Below, piece after piece: positions 58,797 through 64,000 of a stretch of DNA of 64,000 nt. Position 1 is the first letter of the stretch. Every line of letters starts with the position of its first letter. The notes beneath the pieces are model-generated. The model was not told the origin of the DNA. It searched no databases and was given only the letters and a program-made list of their open reading frames with translations. The stretch covers positions 66,715-130,714 of the forward strand of contig CAWEGF010000023.1 of NCBI GenBank assembly GCA_963808535.1. The letters run 5' to 3'. This DNA comes from an uncultured Verrucomicrobiae bacterium. Its GTDB lineage: Bacteria; Verrucomicrobiota; Verrucomicrobiia; Chthoniobacterales; JAFAMB01. The translations under genes were made by a program, and so were the position numbers.

Positions 58797-59282
58797 TCAC
58801 CTGGTAATGGGAAATTGCTCGTGAGCCTCAGGCCGAACCAGGAGCACCGGGCAAGGAGCATGATCGAGAACGAATCGAGCCACATGCCCGACCGATTTTG
58901 GGCCGAGGGTCGGCTTGCCGCCGTATTGAGCGCGCGGACAAATGACCAAAAGGTCGGCCCGCCACTCGGCGGCACCGTTTACGATTTCACGCTCGGGACG
59001 CCCCTGTCGTTCCAAAATCTCCGCGCCTGGGAAATGTTGCAATCCCTCCTCCAAGATCTCCTTGGCGCTGGCTATCTCGGTCTGCCGGATTTCCTCCTCG
59101 CGCAGTGGAGGCGGGCCAGGCTTGCGTAAAAAGCGCTCACGCGCCCGACCGAGGTCCTCTCTTGGACCGCTGTCGATAACGTGAAGAATACCCGGCGTTG
59201 TCGGTTCGCTGGCCCCGAGCATAGTCCTAGCCTGACTGACCTGTTTAACGTTAGTGCCGTCGAGACAATAGAGGACACGCAT
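58797..59282 (-). CDS. universal stress protein (UspA family)
   Basis: 161-aa ORF: MRVLYCLDG.., and C-terminal G..SVGHVARFVLDHAPCPVLLV. Confidence 0.75.
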   Translation of the reverse strand: MRVLYCLDGTNVKQVSQARTMLGASEPTTPGILHVIDSGPREDLGRARERFLRKPGPPPLREEEIRQTEIASAKEILEEGLQHFPGAEILERQGRPEREIVNGAAEWRADLLVICPRAQYGGKPTLGPKSVGHVARFVLDHAPCPVLLVRPEAHEQFPITR

Positions 59283-59487
59283 GATTCTGCTCCTTCAGGA
59301 TCTAAGGATTCTACGGTTGTTCGAAGATCATTTCTCAGAACGTCAAAAGCTAATTCAGTTACATCACCAGAATATTTTGCGTTCGAGGAACTGAAATAAC
59401 TAACTAGCGCGCATGGCGGACGAATCTTTTAGGATTCGAGAGCCATGCAGGCTAATACCGGCACATCCCGGGCGACAGAGCACCCTC

Positions 59488-61048
59488 CTAGTTCAATACG
59501 TAACCCTGGGCCACGGCCTCAAATTTGGCGACGGAATCGCTTTCCCATTTTTCGTCCGCGCCAAGTTCACGAGCCATCAACTCGGCAACTTTCGAGGCTG
59601 CTTCGATACTGGCGCGGGCGCCGAGCAATAAAGCCCTGGTTCGCCGAGCGAGAACATCCTCGATCGTGCGGGCCATTTCGTGACGAACTGCCCACACCAC
59701 CTCCGCCGCGATATAGGGTAATTCGGGATGGAGTTTTTCCGCCAGAGCAGGCTCGGCTTCGGCCAACTCCTGGATCGCGGCGGCGTCAGCTCCGTAGACC
59801 CGGAGGCTTGGGGCCTCGATTTTTTGTTTGGTCCAGCCATGAATCTGCAGGTGTTCCGTGGTGCAACGGCGTTCCTCGAAACCGGCCATCGTTTCCGCTT
59901 GATCTACGGCGTCCTGGGCCATCTTTCGATAGGTCGTCCACTTGCCGCCCGCGATGGTCAACAATCCGGAGTTGGAGATCAGAATCGTATGATCGCGGGA
60001 CAAGGCGGCGGTGCTTTTAGCGTCGCCAACCTTCACCAGCGGACGCAAACCGGCAAACACGCTTAAGACATCGCTCCGACTCGGTTGCTTGGTTAGATAC
60101 TGGGCCGCGTTGGTAAGAATAAAGTCGATCTCTTCTTCCATCGGACGCGGTTCAAGTTGAATTGAATCCACTGCGGTATCAGTAGTACCCACCACCACAC
60201 AATCATGCCACGGTACGGCAAACATTACGCGCCCATCCGGGGTATGGGGAACCATGATGGCGGTATCGCCTGGCAGAAACGATTTTGGCAGGACGACATG
60301 CGCTCCTTGGCTGGCGGCAATCACCGTTCTGGCCTCTGGATCATCCATCTTGCGAATGCCATCGGAAAAGACACCGGTGGCATTGATGACTGCTTTGGCC
60401 CGAATGGAGTGTTCTTTGCCAGTTTCGGAATCCTTGATGACCGCCCCCGCGACGAGTTCATCCTCCTTGATCAGGGACGTCACCTGAGCGTAGTTGATCG
60501 CCGCACCACCAAGATCGAAGACGGTCTGGGCTAGATTGACGGCCAAGCGCGAATCATCGAACTGACCATCATAATAGGATACGCCACTCTGCAATCCATT
60601 TGGCTGGAGGGTTGGGATGCGTTTCAGAGTTTCCTCGCGAGAAAGGTTTTCTGACGGACTAAGCCCCAGCTTGCCAGCCAGGCGATCGTAAATCTTCATC
60701 CCAATTCCATAAAAAGGGCCCTCCCACCAGCTATAGATCGGGAACAATGAACGATAGGTGATGAACCAGATGCGGCGCATTCTCGACGAGCAGTCCGCGT
60801 TCGCGGAGCGCTTCGAGCACTAGTGAAATGTTTCCCTGCTTTAAATAGCGAACCCCTCCGTGGACCAGTTTGGTACTGCGACTGGAGGTCCCTTTGGCAA
60901 AGTCCGACTGCTCAACCAGCAAGGTGCTGTATCCTCTGGCGGCGGCATCAACCGCGACCCCAAGGCCGGTTGCTCCGCCGCCGATGACCAGGAAATCCCA
61001 CGATTTATCTTCGTTCTGAATTCGATCGAGTGCTTTATCGCGTTTCAT
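59488..61048 (-). CDS. glpD: FAD-dependent glycerol-3-phosphate dehydrogenase, frame broken at about 60740-60742
   Basis: ORF 60731..61048 has the FAD-binding start DFLVIGGGATGLGVAVDAAARG..VHGGVRYL. ORF 59488..60780 has the rest. Junction is ..APHLVHHLSFIVP / IYSWWEGPFYG.. at a CCC (minus-strand) run. Confidence 0.85.
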
Positions 61049-61532
61049 AGAGTGTTACCAAGTTTCTGCGAACCAGACGCCGACTGCCTGGCTCGAGGGG
61101 GAACAAAATACGGTGCGTCCAGGCCCGGACGATCCTGCTGAAGAGCGAGCCTATGGCGCGGCAAAGAAATCGTCAATAAAGACGAACGCTCAAGCATCGT
61201 TTAACCAGCATGGAGTTCGCCCGCGAGGAAACGTCGTTCCACCGGGTAAACGGTTAGAATCGACCTCAAAGAAACTTTTTTCCGTGGATCCCAGGCACCC
61301 GTAGCGGTAAAGCGGGACGCTTTACGTACTTGGCCCCTTCGAGCACGTTGACGGGGGCCGGGATGGTGGACTAAATTTTGACCCAGTTCCTTGGGTGGTT
61401 GGATCATTCGGCAGGAAGTTCGCGACCAGGCCCGCCGAAGCAGGGGCTTGGAAAAACGGCAACTGATGGTCTGATCGGCGGAAAGGGGCTTTCGGAGACC
61501 ACATCAAACCATCAACACTGGACAAAACAGCT

Positions 61533-63221
61533 ATGCCCGTCCGCAAAGATTATCATGTTGTTCCGGGGAGCGAACGAACACAGCCAGTTAAATCACAGCT
61601 CGTTGGGGAAATCGATCCGCAAGCTTCCCTGACCGTCACGGTGCGCGTGCGGCGGCCTGGCGCCAGTAGCAAACTCCGGGGGCAAACCATGGAGTTGAGC
61701 CGACAGACACCGCGCCACCGCAAATACCTGACCCGGGCGCAGTTCACGGCGAAACATGGGGCGGACGCCGCCGATCTCGCCAAGATTGCCGGATTCGCTC
61801 ACGAGCATGGCCTGACCATTGTGGAATCCAGCAGAGCGAAACGTTCAGTAAAACTCTCCGGGACGGTGAAGGCTCTCACCGAGGCGTTCAAAGTCGAAGT
61901 CCACAAATACGAAAAAGAAGATCGAACCTATCGAGGGAGAGTTGGGTCGATCAGCGTGCCGGCGGATTTGGCAGGGATTGTCGTGGGCGTCCAAGGCTTC
62001 GATAATCGGCCGGTCGCCTCGCCGCACTATCGGCGGCCTGAAAAACCCGCGCAGAAGGCAAGCGTGGGGGCGCAAAACGCTCCGGACGGCAGCTTCAGCC
62101 CCCTCGAGGTAGCAAACCTCTATTCTTTTCCGGAGGGTTTGGATGGAACCGGTCAATGTATCGCCCTGATCGAACTGAACGATATTAACACCAGTACCAA
62201 CCAAGTCACGGGCGCCGGGTACAGCGCGTCGGATCTGGAAGCGTTCTTCTCAAACTTAAACCTACCGACACCGCAAGTAATCGCTTTGTCGACCGACGGG
62301 GGCGCAAACCGGCCCGGACCCGATCCGAACTCCGATGGGGAAGTGACGCTGGATATCGAAGTCGCGGGGGCGATCGCTCCGGGCGCAAAAATTGCCGTCT
62401 ATTTCGCGCCTAACACTTCCCAGGGATTCATCGACGCTTTGGCCCAGGCGATCCACGATACTGAGAACGCGCCCATGGTGGTCTCGATCAGCTGGGGTGG
62501 TTCAGAGGATTTGCAGCCCCAGCAATTTCTGGAAGGTTTGGGAGAGACTCTGCAAGATGCCGCCATGCTCGGCGTCACGGTCTGTTGCGCCTCTGGCGAC
62601 AACGGTTCCGCCGACATGCCGACAAACGATCCTGGCAGTCCTTGGGATGGAGCGCCGCATGTCGACTTTCCCTCCGCGGACCCCTTTGCCTTGGCTTGCG
62701 GCGGTACCAAGTTGGTCGGATCAGGAACCACTATTACTGACGAACAGGTCTGGAATGACGGCCCCCAGGGAGGGGCGGGCGGCGGCGGGGTGAGTAACAA
62801 ATTTGCGCGGCCCGATTACCAAACGATGCTCAGTATTCCCACGGCGCCAAACGGCAGTAACGGACGAGGTGTTCCGGACGTTTCTGGAAATGCAGATCCC
62901 GAAACCGGTTATCAAATCTTCTTAGGCGGCAATCCCGCGGTCGTCGGAGGAACCAGCGCGGTGGCTCCTCTCTGGGCCGGGCTGATCGCCCGCATCAATC
63001 AGCGGTTGGTGAGCATCGGCAGTAAACCGGTCGGCTTTCTCAATCCGGTGATTTATGCTTCTTCGGTCGCGAACAGCAGCGTATTCCGAGACATTGTATC
63101 CGGCACCAACGATATCATCGGTTCACTCAATGGGCGATATACGGCCGGGCCTGGCTGGGATCCGGCCAGCGGGCTAGGCAGCCCAAACGGCAGCGAGTTG
63201 CTAAAGGTACTGGGAGGGTGA
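61533..63221 (+). CDS. S53 family peptidase (sedolisin/kumamolisin-like) with pro-domain
   Basis: 562-aa ORF with an N-terminal activation-domain pattern, SGDNGS, and the catalytic-Ser motif GGTSAVAPLWAGLIA. Confidence 0.8.
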   Translation: MPVRKDYHVVPGSERTQPVKSQLVGEIDPQASLTVTVRVRRPGASSKLRGQTMELSRQTPRHRKYLTRAQFTAKHGADAADLAKIAGFAHEHGLTIVESSRAKRSVKLSGTVKALTEAFKVEVHKYEKEDRTYRGRVGSISVPADLAGIVVGVQGFDNRPVASPHYRRPEKPAQKASVGAQNAPDGSFSPLEVANLYSFPEGLDGTGQCIALIELNDINTSTNQVTGAGYSASDLEAFFSNLNLPTPQVIALSTDGGANRPGPDPNSDGEVTLDIEVAGAIAPGAKIAVYFAPNTSQGFIDALAQAIHDTENAPMVVSISWGGSEDLQPQQFLEGLGETLQDAAMLGVTVCCASGDNGSADMPTNDPGSPWDGAPHVDFPSADPFALACGGTKLVGSGTTITDEQVWNDGPQGGAGGGGVSNKFARPDYQTMLSIPTAPNGSNGRGVPDVSGNADPETGYQIFLGGNPAVVGGTSAVAPLWAGLIARINQRLVSIGSKPVGFLNPVIYASSVANSSVFRDIVSGTNDIIGSLNGRYTAGPGWDPASGLGSPNGSELLKVLGG

Positions 63222-63388
63222 GGCGTTTCCTGCCTCGTCCATTGAAATATCTGTAACGTCACCGTTCCCGGATAAGCGTTTGCGAAGCCGGCTTTTTTGG
63301 ATTTGTTGATCGACTCGCCTTGAACTGGGGGTGTCTCATCGACTACCAATAGGAGGCTTGAGCAATAACCTGTTTCCCCCTTATTTAT

Positions 63389-64000
63389 ATGTCCAGACCA
63401 GTCACCTTGTTCACCGGCCAATGGGCCGATCTCTCGTTAAAAGATCTCGCACCCCTGGCGAAAAAGATGGGGTTTGACGGGCTGGAACTAGCCTGTTGGG
63501 GAGACCACTTCGACGTCGACACGGCGGCGGAATCCAAAGAGTACTGCCGGGACCGGTGGAAAATTCTGACCGATAACGGCCTTACCGCATTTGCGATTGC
63601 CAATCATCTGGTTGGGCAGGCCATCTGCGACAATATTGATGAGCGTCACCAAGCAATCCTCTCACCGGAAATCTGGAAAGATGGGAACCCGGAAGGGGTC
63701 CGCCAAAGAGCCGCGGAACAAATGAAGAAAACGGGCAAGGCGGCGCGGAATTTTATCGATACCAAACCTGCCGGGGGCTACCAATTCCCGGCGGTGGTAA
63801 CCGGTTTCAGTGGCTCCAGTATTTGGCACGCCTGTTACGCTTTTCCGCCGACGAGCCAAGAATTTCTCCAGAAAGGGTTTGATGACTTTGGCAAGCGTTT
63901 CATACCGATCCTGGATGTTTTCGACGAGTTGGACGTAAACTTTGGCCTCGAAGTGCATCCAACCGAAATTGCTTTTGATATCGCTTCGTCCCAACGAGCA
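63389..64000 (+). CDS. sugar phosphate isomerase/epimerase (xylose isomerase-like TIM barrel), partial, runs off the right edge
   Basis: Not in the ORF track (no stop in the window). ATG at 63389, then 204 open codons: [43 protein letters not shown]... Confidence 0.65.
   Translation, partial: MSRPVTLFTGQWADLSLKDLAPLAKKMGFDGLELACWGDHFDVDTAAESKEYCRDRWKILTDNGLTAFAIANHLVGQAICDNIDERHQAILSPEIWKDGNPEGVRQRAAEQMKKTGKAARNFIDTKPAGGYQFPAVVTGFSGSSIWHACYAFPPTSQEFLQKGFDDFGKRFIPILDVFDELDVNFGLEVHPTEIAFDIASSQRA

Overview
64-kb chromosomal window from a moderately GC-rich bacterium. Gene content (MglA/roadblock genes, S53 sedolisin, GH144-like glucanase, Tat-exported SOD) and the style of the repeats suggest the PVC group (Verrucomicrobia-like); this is inference only. 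I call about 58 protein-coding genes, mostly housekeeping: yebC, typA, rdgB, leuS, folP, priA, lolC/E, lysS, ilvB, sod, uvrD/pcrA, pcm, thiE, accBC, corA, htrA, recG, recJ, leuA, citrate synthase, sucCD, arfB-like, glpD. I found no rRNA, tRNA, CRISPR array, integrase, transposase gene or recognisable defence system. Four things stand out. (1) A 2.5-kb gene-free nest at 39.6-42.1 kb is built from three families of hairpin-dense non-autonomous elements. It contains two precise insertions, each flanked by a perfect 11-bp target duplication in the same hairpin of another element. A sister copy carries a TSD-G-TSD excision-type footprint, and two more copies lie in inverted orientation at 55.5-56.3 kb. 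(2) Long palindromes fill convergent intergenic gaps (30378-30539, which fills its gap exactly, and 46937-47170), and there are smaller hairpin families. (3) Just right of the nest is an island that looks AT-richer (about 42.2-46.4 kb). It carries a plasmid-type Rep_3 initiator in an apparent operon with orphan ORFs and an MglA-family small GTPase, while roadblock/LC7 (MglB-like) genes sit 8 kb away. (4) Eight, possibly nine, genes including essential ones (leuS, lysS, priA) are broken by single-base frameshifts, several at short homopolymers. I read these as assembly indels rather than biology. All family assignments come from motif recognition by eye; no database search or computation was run.
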